A stretch of DNA of 61,731 nt, filler included, from Hausera hauseri (Eukaryota): the NCBI GenBank assembly GCA_046269625.1. It is 11 parts of 11 records of this genome, joined end to end, with 100 filler letters (N's around TTAATTAATTAA, not from the genome) between each part and the next. Parts side by side here need not be neighbours in the genome. Positions count along the whole stretch, not along the records: positions 1 to 6,493 come from JBJURY010093765.1; positions 6,594 to 10,934 come from JBJURY010550340.1; positions 11,035 to 17,559 come from JBJURY010091210.1; 8 more parts are not named here. One strand, 5' to 3'. The notes beneath the pieces are model-generated. The model ran no database searches. It was not told the origin of the DNA and saw only the letters and a list, made by a program, of their open reading frames with translations. A program made the translations under genes and the position numbers. Of the stretch, positions 1-12,849 are shown one piece after another (within the stretch, counting starts at the first letter, position 1; the number at the start of each line of letters is the position of its first letter).

Positions 1-219
1 CCATCTCGTGTAAAATGTATGTAAAAAGCATTCATTTAAATATACCCGTGCATAGTGCGTATAATTCAAAAACAATATGCGTATTGTTATACAATATTTC
101 CCCGTAGAATATGATATAAAGATACCACTTATTAAAGTTAATTTATCATCTGCCAAAATAAAATGCAGTAATATACAACTGCAGGAACTTTTATAAAAAC
201 ATCAACTCTGTGGGAGTTC

Positions 220-376
220 CTGTCTTCAGTTCAGCTTCAGGACGAGAAGCTGAATCCTTCTGAAGGCAAATCTTCAGAGTTTGAAGAAATCATCGTCAAG
301 TCCGAGGAAGAGACGGATGGTCAGAGTGAACTGCTGGATTTAACCCGGACTCCTCGGATCACCTCACAACAAACAG
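220..376 (+). pseudogene. Degenerate first coding exon of a teleost-type C2H2 zinc-finger gene (FiNZ-like N-terminal domain)
   Basis: Translates as (L)SSVQLQDEKLNPSEGKSSEFEEIIVKSEEETDGQSELLDLTRTPRITSQQT, resembling the fish ZNF N-terminus MSSVQ...SEFEKTIVQYEEEIDRQRRLLD. The start is CTG instead of ATG and the donor is G|GCATG instead of G|GTATG. Confidence 0.6.
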
Positions 377-769
377 GCATGAAACACCGGCGATTTACGT
401 TTTGCTAAGGAGATAATTGTTGTGTCAAGCTGATTGTGTTTCCGTATCTGTTGCGCGTTTACACAGTGTTTTACGACTGATGTCGAGCTGGATTAAAGGG
501 CTATTGCGCCGACTTTCTGTTTAAAGGAACCTATCTAGAAAATTACAATACATGGGCAGATCATTTAAATGTTAAGAAACCACAACAATTAATATACCAG
601 ATAAATTTTGTGAAATGTTTTAATATTGTAATTTTCTTTCACAGTTTTTTGAAAATTTTTGAATAAAGTGATATACATCAGCCATCTTTAATATTTTTTT
701 AGTAGTTCGTATTTTCATCATCTCTGTTTTATTAAAGGATATTTAAACCAGAATCAATTACAATCTATA

Positions 770-3230
770 TGCCTTTGGAAGATCTGGGAGGCGCTGCGGA
801 GTCCAAAAGGTATAAAAAGTATTCGAAAAGGCCGAAAGGTGTAATGACGGCCATTTTCGGAATGTCTGCTGGGGCCACCGAAATTTTTTTAATATGCTTT
901 GTGAAAATCAATACAGGAAAATATGGTCGACCTATAAACCCTGTGAAGGATATCGTTGATTAATGGTAGAGGGTAGATATTCATTGTTGTTATGGTGTTA
1001 AGTTGGAGGTAATCACCGCATGGGCGAAAGGTGCCATCTTTTTTGGAACCACATGTTACTATGTGATGGAAGGTGGATTGACGTGGTACGAATAATTTGT
1101 CCTTCTGCAACAGACGCGTGCAGGAAGACAAAATGTATTGCTGTAGATCCGAAGGCAAGAATAAAAAGTTATCTGATGGTGTAGATGCATCGTGACTGGA
1201 TGCAGTTGAGGTGTGAGTTATATATAAGGTATTGTGACTGGGTGGTATTTGGTGCAGGATGTTCGTGCTGAAGATGGTGTTGGCAGCTGCGCCATTAGTA
1301 ATAGGTGTCATGCAGTTGGCAATATCGTATTTGTCACCGTAGTAAAAATTTCTGTATAATGTATGATTATAAAAGTAATTTAAATCGGAAGTCGTTTGCT
1401 TCAGTAATGACTTGTTGGAAGCGATCGCCGGGGTGGTCATCGAAATGCTGCTAATTTGATTAAGATTATTTTCGCACTTTAAGGAACATAGCTTGCAATC
1501 TACAAGTGCACTGGCTACTGTAAATTTCCATGTGAATGTGTTTGTGAAGTGTGGAAGAGTGAATATTAATGTGGTAACTCCAAAAATTTGTAAAGGCTAA
1601 CCGGACGCAGTGAACAGTTGCTTTTTGAGGTGAAATTGTTTTGGATGTGCTGTGTTGGTGGTAGTAGAGAGATTGCTGCGCCGGTGTCTATAAAAAGTTA
1701 ATGTTTTGCTTTGTTGGAGTGACGACTGTTGCTTTCAACGTGAATACAGCAAAAGAAATGTGTCGGCTATCTTTTTACAGGTTGTTGCCTTTGCTAGGAC
1801 TTGCCGTGTGTTTTAGCGGCGAAATCAGTTTTTTGGAGCTGGTGAGTTTGGCCTACTGTGCTGTGTAATTTTAGTAGTGTTGATTTTATTGTGTGTTTTG
1901 TAGTTACAGCCGGGTAGGCATTTTTGTGCTTTTGTGCCAAATTTTGAGTGGTAGGTACAAACGAAGTTGCTTGTATTAAAATCATGGGAATAAAATTTAC
2001 AACCGATGCAGCATTTTTCAGCATTGTTACCAAATTTGCTATGATAATAGCAAATAGATGACCGCGTGGACGACGGCGACCGTCTTTGACGTTGATTAAA
2101 TACATTAGGTAAAGCAGGCCTAGAAAAACCCCGTCGAGGCAACGTTAATTCATTTAATTTTTTGTTTATGGTGTTGATTGTCTTTTGTAACATTTCATTT
2201 TTTATGCGTAATTGCGCAATTTGTTGCTGCAGCATTGCACTTTGTTGTTGTTGGTCTGTTCTTAATGCCGCAGAGATAGTTGGTGCTGTGTGTGAGTGCA
2301 GTACTTCATATGCTTTATCTGCCAGTTCGGCTAGCTTGTTCAGAGCCGTGGAGTCTTAGACCACGGTAAGCAAAGCTCTTATTTGAAGGGGTAATGCATT
2401 TAAAATATAACGACGAATGACTTCTGGACTATGTTCAGATGTTACACCAAGGGTGTTGAGGTGAGACAAGGATGTGCATAAGAATTCAGAAAGATTTTCA
2501 ATGCCCATGGCGTTATCACTGAAGAATCTTTGAATGATGGAGTTGATTGACGTCTCAGTAAGCTTCAGAATGGCATTATAAAGTTGAGTATGTGTCAGGG
2601 TGCTAAAGGATATCGATGATATTGGTAATTTTAGTTTTGATGGAAGCTAATAAGCAGAAAAACAGGCTGTTGGTTTTGGATAAAGAATCGACGTTTTGCG
2701 ATTGAAGGCAAAATTGGTGCAGTTTTAGCCAAATTTGAGTAGAGTTTTGGCTGTCGAGGAAGTATTTGGTGCAGGATGAATGAGTGAGGAACGTGTGTTG
2801 TGTAGAGATGTTGGAAGCGCTGTGTTTGGGTAAATGAATGATGGGGATCTGTGGTTTGGTGAGTTTGTCCGTGGTATCAGTTATGGGTGACGAATCCATG
2901 CCACTACGGATACGGAAGTGAATGTGAAGACAGATAAGGGTTGAGGAAGATTGTAGAGTTCCAGCGAGAGGTACTAGATATCTATTGTGTGTGAGTAGAA
3001 ATCAGAAAACTGGAGTAAGGTAGAGATGAAGTTGTGAATGGCCGAAGTGTGTAAATGTAATGCTGTGTGCCTATGGACATGTTTATTATATAAAAAAAGA
3101 TGGAGTAGGGAGAAGTGGTGCGCCTGGAAGCATGTAGTGGGGCGGCAGCGAAAGGTGCCGTCTGACCTACCGGTGCAGGGTGGGCGGCCGGGACCTCAGC
3201 CTCGCCGCGACAGGTCCCAAATTTCGGGGT
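770..3230 (-). mobile_element. Decayed Ty3/Gypsy LTR retrotransposon, copy A (gag, protease, partial RT)
   Basis: Gag-like ORFs 2603-2899 and 1825-2235 with two C-x2-H-x9-C knuckles (CYYHSKFGNNAEKC, CTYHSKFGTKAQKC). Protease FIDTGAAISLLP at about 1660-1700. RT KKDGTFRPCGDY..LN..YPLP..DFHKAY in ORF 889-1440. Multiple stops and frameshifts. Colinear with the copy at 31980-34630. Confidence 0.92.
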
Positions 3231-3358
3231 AATCTAATTCCCCTTCAAAGATCCTTCTCCAACATACCAATGCACAAAACTTTTTTTAGAAAATGAAACG
3301 TCATAGGACTTACAGAAGGATTCAAATAGTTGAACTGTAGCAGTAGTATTTGATATCA

Positions 3359-4309
3359 TCATAACACCTTTGTTACTTTATGCCATTTCTGAACTTGAAC
3401 AACAACCGGTAGTTGGCTATTTATACCTAGTTTAAAAACTGCTGGGCACCTGTTGCTTTCCATAGCTAATGAATTTATTTTCTCTTTAAATTGATTCAGT
3501 TTTTTAACGATCGTATTATCTTCAGTTGTTGTCGATTCCAATGCGGTTTGACTTTCCTGGAATTGGTTTTCGTGCAATTCGATTTGGTTTTCGTGCAATT
3601 CGATTTGGTTTTCTTCGGTTTCTTGAATTTCATTTGACACGCTTTCATTTTGTTTTGAAGTTAATTAGAAAATGTTCATCGGGCAACTTCCAGTTTCATT
3701 TTCATCTTTTGTTGTTTGGCTCCAATGTTTTCGTTAATGGAAGAGATCGTTTTAATTAGCTCTTTTATGTCGATGCCTTCGGATAGTTTTAATTTACGCT
3801 CGAACGTGAAAGGGACATTAAAAGTTCTAAACTATCGGCTTGTGATGAGATGGTAAGGAACTAAGCCACTTTGAAAGTGATTTTAGTGCGTCTAAATCCG
3901 ATTTAAAAGAAATCAACAGACCTGGGCATAACGGATTTGGACAATGGGCTAGCTGGGTGGCAGTAGTACGGCAGCCATGGCGATTTCCAGTTGTCAACAA
4001 AACACTTTTTAATTCCAGAATCAAGTTTATCTTTTTCATTTGAACCCTCATTAACAGTTGACCCGGAATCTTAGGGTAAAATTTCAACTAAGAAATAATT
4101 TTTGTCGTATCTTTAACGTTCGGATACAAAAACGACAGGTATCCTATTGAATCTTTGAGTCCTATAGTTTTTAAGGCCTCTGATAATGTTTGTCCCACTT
4201 GATCTCTAGCTGCCATGTCATCTAACAGAAACTGAGGCAAATAAGTAAAACTACTGTGAAAATTAAGCTTAACCGACGAAGCCGTTGAAAAATCGCAATT
4301 CAAAGTCAT
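3359..4309 (-). pseudogene. Disrupted, unidentified coding-like fragments downstream of the Cullin-3 fragment
   Basis: Consecutive minus-strand ORFs 4088-4309, 3827-4087 and 3359-3640 separated by stops or frameshifts. No motif recognised. Confidence 0.3.
3562..3612. repeat. 21-bp tandem repeat (about 2.5 copies) encoding ENQIELH on the minus strand
   Basis: TTGGTTTTCGTGCAATTCGAT repeated inside ORF 3359-3640. Confidence 0.85.
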
Positions 4310-4339
4310 TGTGATGAGTTGGGCGAATGGGGTATAAAA

Positions 4340-5382
4340 GTCAAGGTTGGATCGGAGATTCTGATTGATAAAAATTCAAAATGTGAATTGATCTGATTTC
4401 TGAACAGCTGATTGTTTGATAAGGCGTTCGTCAACAAATCATTGGCACGATCTGGTAAATAAATTAATTCCTGTATATAATTCTGTGGAATTTTATCGTC
4501 TTCAACGATTTTTGGGCCTTCCTCGCGTAGAAAGCGACTGATGCAAATGTTCATTGTCATCAGACAAGAATCAACTTGTTTTAATAAATTATACATTAAT
4601 CCATTTTCCGAATACTTTTTATTGTTTAGCAAATGAGTCAGACCAGAATTTTCATTATTTACAATTCGTTCCAAATGGTTTTTGATTAATTCTTCGTTGA
4701 GAACTTCGATAATTTTGGATTCGGTTGTTGAATTGAGAAATTCACGAGCACGTTTCGACTCTTTGGCAATTTTATTTACTTGAGATATACAAATTCGATG
4801 GATTTTCACTTAATAATCGTTCATTCTCCGATCGATAAAAATCCCGACTGATCCGAGAAAAATGTTTCGAAATCATCTTCGTAAATACTCAATTTATCAA
4901 CATCTAATTGGATAAGCATTTGACAGGCGTCGCAAAGTTGTGTCCGTGATATGATATCACCGTTTCGTTCTCGTTTAATCATATCCAATAATGTTGACCG
5001 TAATTGACAACGTATTGGATCAAAACGTAATACCGTATGGCGAAAGATAATAAAACCAGTATTATAAACATTCGGTTTGTCAGTATGGGCAACATAAACT
5101 CGATCCATGTACATGAGAATATCCCTGATCATAACCATAGCGGTTACATGATCTTTCCAACATCGATTTAAATGAGCCAAAAAGTTATTATTCAATCTCT
5201 CGTGAACTTCGTCTCTAATTTTACTCATGTGGTCGGTAATAACAGCCTTGGTACCGTTATACAACTGCTCACCATTTTTGTAACACCATTTTGTATACAT
5301 TTCGATATAATTCCTCAAAACTCAATCCGCTATTATTTTTACGCTGTATTTCAATAATAGCTCTTTTTAAAACTTCCCAAAG
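4340..5382 (-). pseudogene. CUL3: Cullin-3 N-terminal (cullin repeat) fragment, intronless and frameshifted
   Basis: [83 protein letters not shown] and YIQELI match Cullin-3. Split across three frames and truncated before the C-terminal cullin/Nedd8 domains. Confidence 0.92.
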
Positions 5383-6230
5383 CCGCACCGGCAAATTATT
5401 CACGCACAACGACAAATAAGGCGGAATCATTTCCTCCATTTCCAGTACGTCGTCCAACGATGTTGGAAACTCTTGTCGGATCGTAAATACCAAACCGGAC
5501 GCTTATTTTGCTCAACCCAGTGGCCAAAAATCATATTTCTCGCACTCCTTGACAATGTGAATTGTAACTGTATTTTCGATGTTACTCGGTTTTGCTGGTT
5601 CATATTCGGCAAGGGTTTTGGAAGGAGTAAAAACAGCGGATGGAGAACAACCTGACATCAATAGAATTCTGATGATTTGACAACTGCATTTGTGACACAA
5701 TGCGGCAAATGCAACGATGGTACGATGAATCGATTGTTCATGTTTGGCGTTGATGCTGGAACAGAACAAAATCCGTTCGGGAGTTTCGTATAATTAGGAA
5801 TGAATATCCGCAGTGGATCAACACCACTAATTATTCCCGATCGAATGTTGATCGGGCAACTGTCTACGAGCTCGCTTGTGATGCAGTACAACCGGGAAAG
5901 AAATGCATTCAGATTTGTTGGAACTTTCATTCCGTTAGTGAAATTTTGAAAAATTGACCCAATTTGATGATACTGTCGATCTGGCGGTACGCTCGGTTCT
6001 AATTCTAAACATTCATTTCTCTGAGAAGATCGATTGATAATGTGCAAAATGTGGTGCAGCAAGTTGATATCATTTGCCACATGGATAGAATCTAATAAAC
6101 TCTTCTGAATCTGGGTTCTACGTCCATTAATCGGTAAATCAAAAATTTCACACAAAGTAGAAAGATCTCGTTGCGAAATGTTACTTAATATAAGACTCTA
6201 CACCAGAAATTATTAATTCAACTAGAAAAT
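5383..6230 (-). pseudogene. PIAS/Siz-like SUMO E3 ligase N-terminal fragment (SAP-like + PINIT-like), disrupted
   Basis: SAP-like ..QRDLSTLCEIFDLPINGRRTQIQKSLL. PINIT-like VVKSSEFY*CQVVLHP...IQLQFTLSRSARNMI and [17 protein letters not shown] (cf. PIAS KPLPFYEV...FTFALTPQQ...EDYFPPNLFVKVNGK). Confidence 0.6.
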
Positions 6231-6493
6231 CCTAACGCAAATTACCTTGATCGTTTGTTTTACATCCTCAATAATCATATTTTCTGTATAATTCTAAAAA
6301 AAAATCTATTATTACAACAAATTATACAGGTCTAATAATATATAATAAAAATTAGATTTTTAATTTTTTAAATACATTTGAAAAGTGAGCGGTAGCCATA
6401 TTTGTAAAAATTAAATTGTTGTGGTAAAACAATCTTATGTAATCATCACGTGATACACACACATACACACATAGACGTAACATGTAACCGAGG

Positions 6494-6593
6494 NNNNNNN
6501 NNNNNNNNNNNNNNNNNNNNNNNNNNNNNNNNNNNNNTTAATTAATTAANNNNNNNNNNNNNNNNNNNNNNNNNNNNNNNNNNNNNNNNNNNN
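6494..6593. other. Artificial contig-joining linker (44 N + TTAATTAATTAA + 44 N); identical linkers at 10935-11034, 17560-17659, 27809-27908, 31880-31979, 36601-36700, 40900-40999, 45810-45909, 50044-50143, 54744-54843
   Basis: Ten identical 100-bp blocks. TTAATTAATTAA places stop codons in all six frames, and sequence content changes abruptly across each linker. Confidence 0.97.
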
Positions 6594-7629
6594 ACATACA
6601 CACACCACTTTAGGATATTATTTTAATTTAGCGAATGTTGCTTCGTTAACGTAAAATTACTGGTAAATCACTTACGCCAATATTTGTGTTTATCAGGAAC
6701 TAGAAATATTGCAGAATTTCTTCCTAATCGGACATAATATAGATATATTAGTTCTCACAAGTTAAGGTTTGAAAAATATATTTTTCGTCTTCTCGAAAGC
6801 AAATCATTTAACAAATTCACCCTAGTTTATGTTATTAAATTTTCAAATTTATGAAAATTAATTTGTTTAAATTTGTAGATTTTGGTTAGCATAAACTATT
6901 TAAATATCTGTGAAATTGTATTTTCCAAAATTTCAATCAAAATAATGTTATTTTAATTTTAATGTGGAATAATGGATGTTTATTTATTTGGTTGAGTAAG
7001 AGTCACGATAAGTTCTATGGCTTGTGGTGCTTATTTACTCAGAAATTAAATCTAGTTTGTAGACGGTAATGAAGAAACTTGTTTGCTACAAAAACTAGTA
7101 CATTCACTTTTATGTATTTATTTACTTAATAAGACAATCCAACTTTTGTGTGAACTTTCATTCCGGCAGAATTTGCTTAAAGTCGAGTAAATCAAATAAT
7201 GAATTATTCTATTTCGTTTTATAAATGCACTTTTTTGTGGCTTGTGTTTATTTACTCAATTGAAGCTTAGTTTGTATGCAGTGATGAGGAAGTAGTATAT
7301 TTTGTATCGTATTCAGACGAGCGAAATGGATCTCCATTTGGGCAGAACCTGCTTTTTGGCAGGTGCAATCACAAAAGGAGAAATTAAAAGGTAGTTAAAT
7401 CTCGTGATGCCGATGTATTGCGTTTCATTGATACCTAACATTTTTGTTTTCATGTACATTTATGACAGTTTATTGAATTCTTTTGTGATTAATTTATGAC
7501 TAAACGATAGTTGTAGTCTTCTTTTATTTTATTATAAAAGCACTTAGGCGCAAAGCCAGAAAAATAACCGATTTCGTATTTATCCAGCAAAAACTAATGA
7601 AAAAGTTATGCGCAGCTGTATATGTCTGG

Positions 7630-10187
7630 TTTTAAATCTCTAACGAAGTGGGAGGGACATTGAAAATTCTATCGTTATAGAAATTTGGTAAAATTTATCT
7701 ACTGAACTAAAGTTCTTTGCTACATAACAATGTATTATTTAATAAATGTCTTTATCTGGCCTCTTCGCCGAAGTTGGATTCAGTGTAGGGAAAGATGTTG
7801 CTGTATTTTCCTTCGCTATTGTTTTCAGCCTGGATTGTTGGATCAGTTAAGTCCTTTTTCACAACACCAGCATGATGAAAGGAACCGTGGATTGTTTCGT
7901 CAGCCACTTTCATCCAGGCACCATTGCACAGACCGACAGCATCCATGATGTTGATAAATAAGTTTTGGATGGCGACGGTGCGATAATTCCTTGATCGTAA
8001 GGCTGAATCTGGTTGCATTTGACCAGAGAAATATCAGCTTAACTGCTCGAAGTGCAGCTGACGCAGCTCGATGATAACTGCTGTCGTTATCGATAACAAG
8101 CAAGGCTTTTCTCTGCTCCTTCCATGCTGTTGTCAAATTACTTCAACCATTGATTCCAAAAGTCTCTCGTCGATGATATTGACATTTTTGAATCAACGAG
8201 GCTTTCCTGATTTGTCAATCATCAGCAGCCTCCTTTTGCCTGAGTTCGGCATGTTGCAGAAAAAGCAGAAGTGTTAGGCGCTCTTTACTTCTCTTGGCTC
8301 CCGACCATTTCTAACCTTTGAAAGGCATTCATAAAAGAGGGGATGAAGAGATTAAAGAATGTTCTCTGTCCGTTGCTGAACCATTTCGCTGTTAGCTGAA
8401 GCCTATTCGCCGCAGATTTACCGAAATATTATGTCATGCCCGGATTTGAAAGAGTTGCGAAATCCAGAGCTTCCTTTAAAATGTTCATAACCAAGTCTTT
8501 CGGCAAACTGCCGTGCTTTCGCATGTAACATTGGCCCATTAACAGGTACATTAGTAGAACTTTGTTGTATGAACCATTGCACAAACGCTTGATCCACAAA
8601 CGCGTATTCTACTGATCGTATCTTTTCCTTTGAAGGAGGGAACCGCTTTTTGGCCATTTGCTCAAGATCATCTCTTTTTGGCTCAATATTGTTAAAAGAG
8701 TGCTGGGTGTGACATCTCTCTTCTTGCTGTTGTTCTCGTCTGCCTGGATTATTTCCATTTTCATACTCAGCGTGAGTGTCTTCCGCTTCGTCTCAGGAGG
8801 AGGCATTCTTTACAGAATTGTATGTTTAAATTATAAATAAAGAAATACTTCGAGACAGAGAGAGAAGCCAATGAGAAACTTTTTTATTTATTGAAACAAA
8901 ATTGGCTCCTTTTATACTTTTTCATCTGTTTCATAATCTGGTGATAAAACAGTAATGAGTCACAGAAAGTTACATAATATAATAACATCATGCCTATTCA
9001 CATGACTCGCTGTACTGTATAATTGCTATTCGTCATTGCACGCAGTTTGTGTATGTGAACTGTATAAGTAACTGTTGACAACCGCTTGGCTTTATTGCAT
9101 TCCTTTGCATAGCGGGGTCGAAGACACGAAGTATATCCACACTCAGATACAGTATAGTACAGTTGTTACTGTAGTGCTTAAGGTGTTGTCGCACTGGAGG
9201 GGATAGCGGGTCAGTGGGAGGTTCTCCGCCCACTATGTAAATATCAAGTGTAATCTTAGAATATCAAGTGTAGCGTTGTCAGATGGAAATGAGATGAAAT
9301 ATCAAAATTGTATTGAAATCAGTGTGCTGTTAAATGGAATTACCGATGGTGAAGCAAATATCTCTGAATGGATGAATATAGTAATGACGCATGATCTTAG
9401 TGATCACCTTTTCATTGAAACGAAGTAATTGAGCATTTAACTTTGACCTGTGATCAATAGAATAAGTTGGAATTAATGAGATTTTCATTGTGTTGCGAGA
9501 AAATCGTAAAATCTTCGTCGAAAGTCTAGCATCCAATTGTTCGAACTTTATAGAGAAAACATCAAACAGTTTTTCTTCACTAAATTTCGTTGAACCATTA
9601 AAGATTCTCAGTTTAAGTTTACAAAATTTTTTGAAAAAGCGTGCAAAATGTTGAATATAATTTGTGATACGCGTGTACAATCGAAAGATTCTTGTGGCTA
9701 TACCAACATTTTTCCCCCACGAATAGTAAAAGATACGTGCAATGGATGTCAGTGGGAAACATTATCTTGGAAACAGAATATTATGTATAAAATTGATTAT
9801 TGATTCCTGATGATAGTTGAAAAATAAAATTTCTGCTGTATATCCTCATCGGAATTTATCCTTGCTCATTGGATTTATTTACAACATCTGGGTTAAATTC
9901 TATACAGTTAGTATATCTGCAACGAAAATAAAAAATGAAATAGAAAAAAATTAAAATTAAATAAATGAATAGAAAATTATAATATATAATATTAATACAC
10001 ACCACACTTTTCGTAATAAAGGGACATACATGTTTCAGGATCGGCAAATAGCTTTCGTTATAGACAAATTTTCGTTATAGAGAGATCTATGCAATGTATA
10101 TCTCTACAAGCTTTCGCCGAGTCCTATAAAAATTCGTTATAGAAGAATTTTCGTTATAGACAAATTCGTTATAAAGAGATTCTACTG
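7630..10187 (-). mobile_element. pogo/Tigger-family DNA transposon, decayed
   Basis: Terminus CAGTAGAATCTC.. (minus strand) ends at 10187, followed by TA. About five subterminal TTCGTTATAG/A repeats at 10054-10175. A degraded matching motif (TAACGAAG...ATCGTTATAG) lies at about 7640-7680. Confidence 0.75.
7752..8806 (-). pseudogene. Tigger/CENP-B-like transposase (HTH_psq, HTH_Tnp_Tc5, DDE_1), frameshifted
   Basis: KRKTLTLSMKMEII; DQAFVQWFIQQSSTNVPVNGPMLHAKARQFAERLGYEHFKGSSG; RKALLVIDNDSSYH..VKLIFLWSNAT; NIMDAV....AW.KV..ETI..SFHHAG. Confidence 0.9.
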
Positions 10188-12849
10188 TACTACAGTTCCA
10201 ACGTAGATTAAAGTTTTACTCGTATTTCCTCCCCGCTAGGCACTGAATATTTTCAATTATTTAAGTTGCTTAATTAAATACGTAATTAAAACAGGAGTGG
10301 AAATATGAACTTATTTGTCAGACCATGTACAATTGAATAAGTATTTGAATGTAATTGCAACAAAAATAATGAATTTTATCAATTGTTGTTTATAAAAGGA
10401 TATTAAATTTTTTAGTAAATATTCCATTAAAACTACCAAATAAATTAACTAACAACTAGAGTTAACGCATTACAGTGGAACGCAATACTTTGTGCACCGA
10501 TTTGAACCGAATTTAATAATCCTTAATATTTTGAATTTTATTAGTAATCTGAATAATTAACACTTGCCACCCACAAAAATCGGAATCTCATAATTCCATT
10601 CTTCTAAGGAAAATTTTAAAATTCCCAGACCACCGAGAACAATAATGATTTTCCAGTCATCTAATGCATCTTTAAGAGAAATTCCTATAAATAATTATGA
10701 AACGAGTAGAATTGTGCATACAGACCATTCCAAGAGTGTTTGTAAATTTTGCTAATCATAATGTATGCCAAAACCAATAAAAACATCAGTAAGCTGGAGA
10801 CCGCTTGCAAAGATGCTGTTAGTCTGTAGATAAACATATCTATCAATATAACTTATTAAGTAGAGTTTAGCGAATCGTGCATATTAAGAAAGAGAATGTG
10901 ATATTTAAGGGATAATGTGAAAATTTAATGTATTNNNNNNNNNNNNNNNNNNNNNNNNNNNNNNNNNNNNNNNNNNNNTTAATTAATTAANNNNNNNNNN
11001 NNNNNNNNNNNNNNNNNNNNNNNNNNNNNNNNNNGCAAAATGGTTTATTACACTAGACCTGCAATCTTGATACTGGCACATAGAGATAGAAGATGAAGAC
11101 CGCTATAAGATCGCATTCAAAACTCTTGATGACGTATACGATTTTAATGTTATGGCATTCGGAATAACAACTGGACCAGCCTATTTCATACAAATAAAAA
11201 ACAAAATGCTGATGGGAAGGCGCGAGAGCATCCGATCGCCTATGGAGGACGATCACTAAAGAAAGCGGAGAAAAATTATTTAGTCGTAGAATAAAAAACA
11301 TGGTTGTAAAAGACGCTTTACGACATTTTGACGTTTATGTCTATGGACAGAAAGTTATAATTGTTACTGATCTCAAAGACGTTACGACTTTAAAAGGCAG
11401 AATGAATAATCCGACATGTAGACTCAACAGATGGATTGAAGAAATTTCACGATATAATACTGAATTTCAATATAAGCCTGGAAGTAAACATGTCGATGCC
11501 GATGCACTGTCTAGACTAAAAACAATCGCAATTACGGTAATGAGAAAAATTCAACTTAAAGAGTTAGTAGATAGACAGCGATCTTTAACGATGGATGAAG
11601 CAATTAAGATTTCGATCAAACAGAAGAAGGATAGAATTATCTAACTGAAAAAAGATATAATACCCAAAGACCTCAAATTACAAAAACATATACAAAGACA
11701 CGGCATTAAATATTGTGTAACAGGAGACAAAAGTCATGAAAATGTTTTATATTACGAATATAAAGGACGAAAACTAGTAGTCATACGAAAGGACTACGAA
11801 CATAAGTACTAATGGCCGAACATGATTCATACTTAGCTGGACATTAGAAACAATAATAAATAATTACTACTGGCCAAGCATTTACATCCATGTGAAAAAT
11901 TTGATAAACGCTTGTGAAGTATGCGCAACCAAACAGAAAAAGGTGAAAAACTATATTTCTGAACTCAAACCAATAAACATATCAGACGGACCGATGCAAG
12001 CAATGACCATGGATTTTGTAGAATCACTACCTACAACTCACAAAATTAATAAATACTTTCTAATATTTATTGACCGACTAACTCGCTTTGTCAAACTGAT
12101 AGTGTTAATTGATCAGAAGGCTGAAACTTTAACGGAAGCCATAATAAGAAAAATTATTTGCAGATATGGACCTCCCACACAGATTTTGACAGACTGAGGA
12201 CGGAATTTTACAAGTGAATTGTTCGGCAAAATAGCCAAAATAATTGCGACTGAATATCTAACTACGACAGCCTACCATTCTTAATTTAATGAAATGGTTG
12301 AACGAATGAACACAATAGTTATACGAATTTTNNNNNNNNNNAAAGATCAGAAGGATTGGAAAGAATTCTTAGAAAGCATTCAATTTGATATAAACACAAT
12401 GCCATAACCTGCTATTGGATTTACACCATTTTTCATGATGTATGGAAGAGAAGCCATATTATCTTCGGATTAAGGCATGACATAGTATATGTTAAATCCA
12501 GAAGATTTAAAACAGAATTTCGTCCAATTATTGCAGACAAGGTTATAAAAGTGTTGGGAAATAGCAAAAGAATTATCTCAAGAAAACCTGGAGCAGTTTA
12601 GAAAGCAGTGTGACAAGAAAGCTAAACCGCACGACTTAGAACAAGGAAATTAGGTTTATGTAAATTATCTAGTAGTTGAAAGGAGACCTAATAAAGTTAT
12701 TAGAACAACACCAACCACAGTTTATATTAACAAAACTGGTAAAGAAGTAGTTGTGTCAATACAAAGAGTTGTCAAAACTCAAATACGTCCAAATAAACAA
12801 TAAAATCCTACACTCGAATAACGAAAATCAGAGTCGAATCAGAAGAGAA

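Noticed and set aside
3195-3240. PBS/LTR for Gypsy copies A and B (also about 34600-34640)
   Set aside because: Only degenerate ..CCCCGA.. motifs; no clear TGG-initiated tRNA complement or LTR pair.
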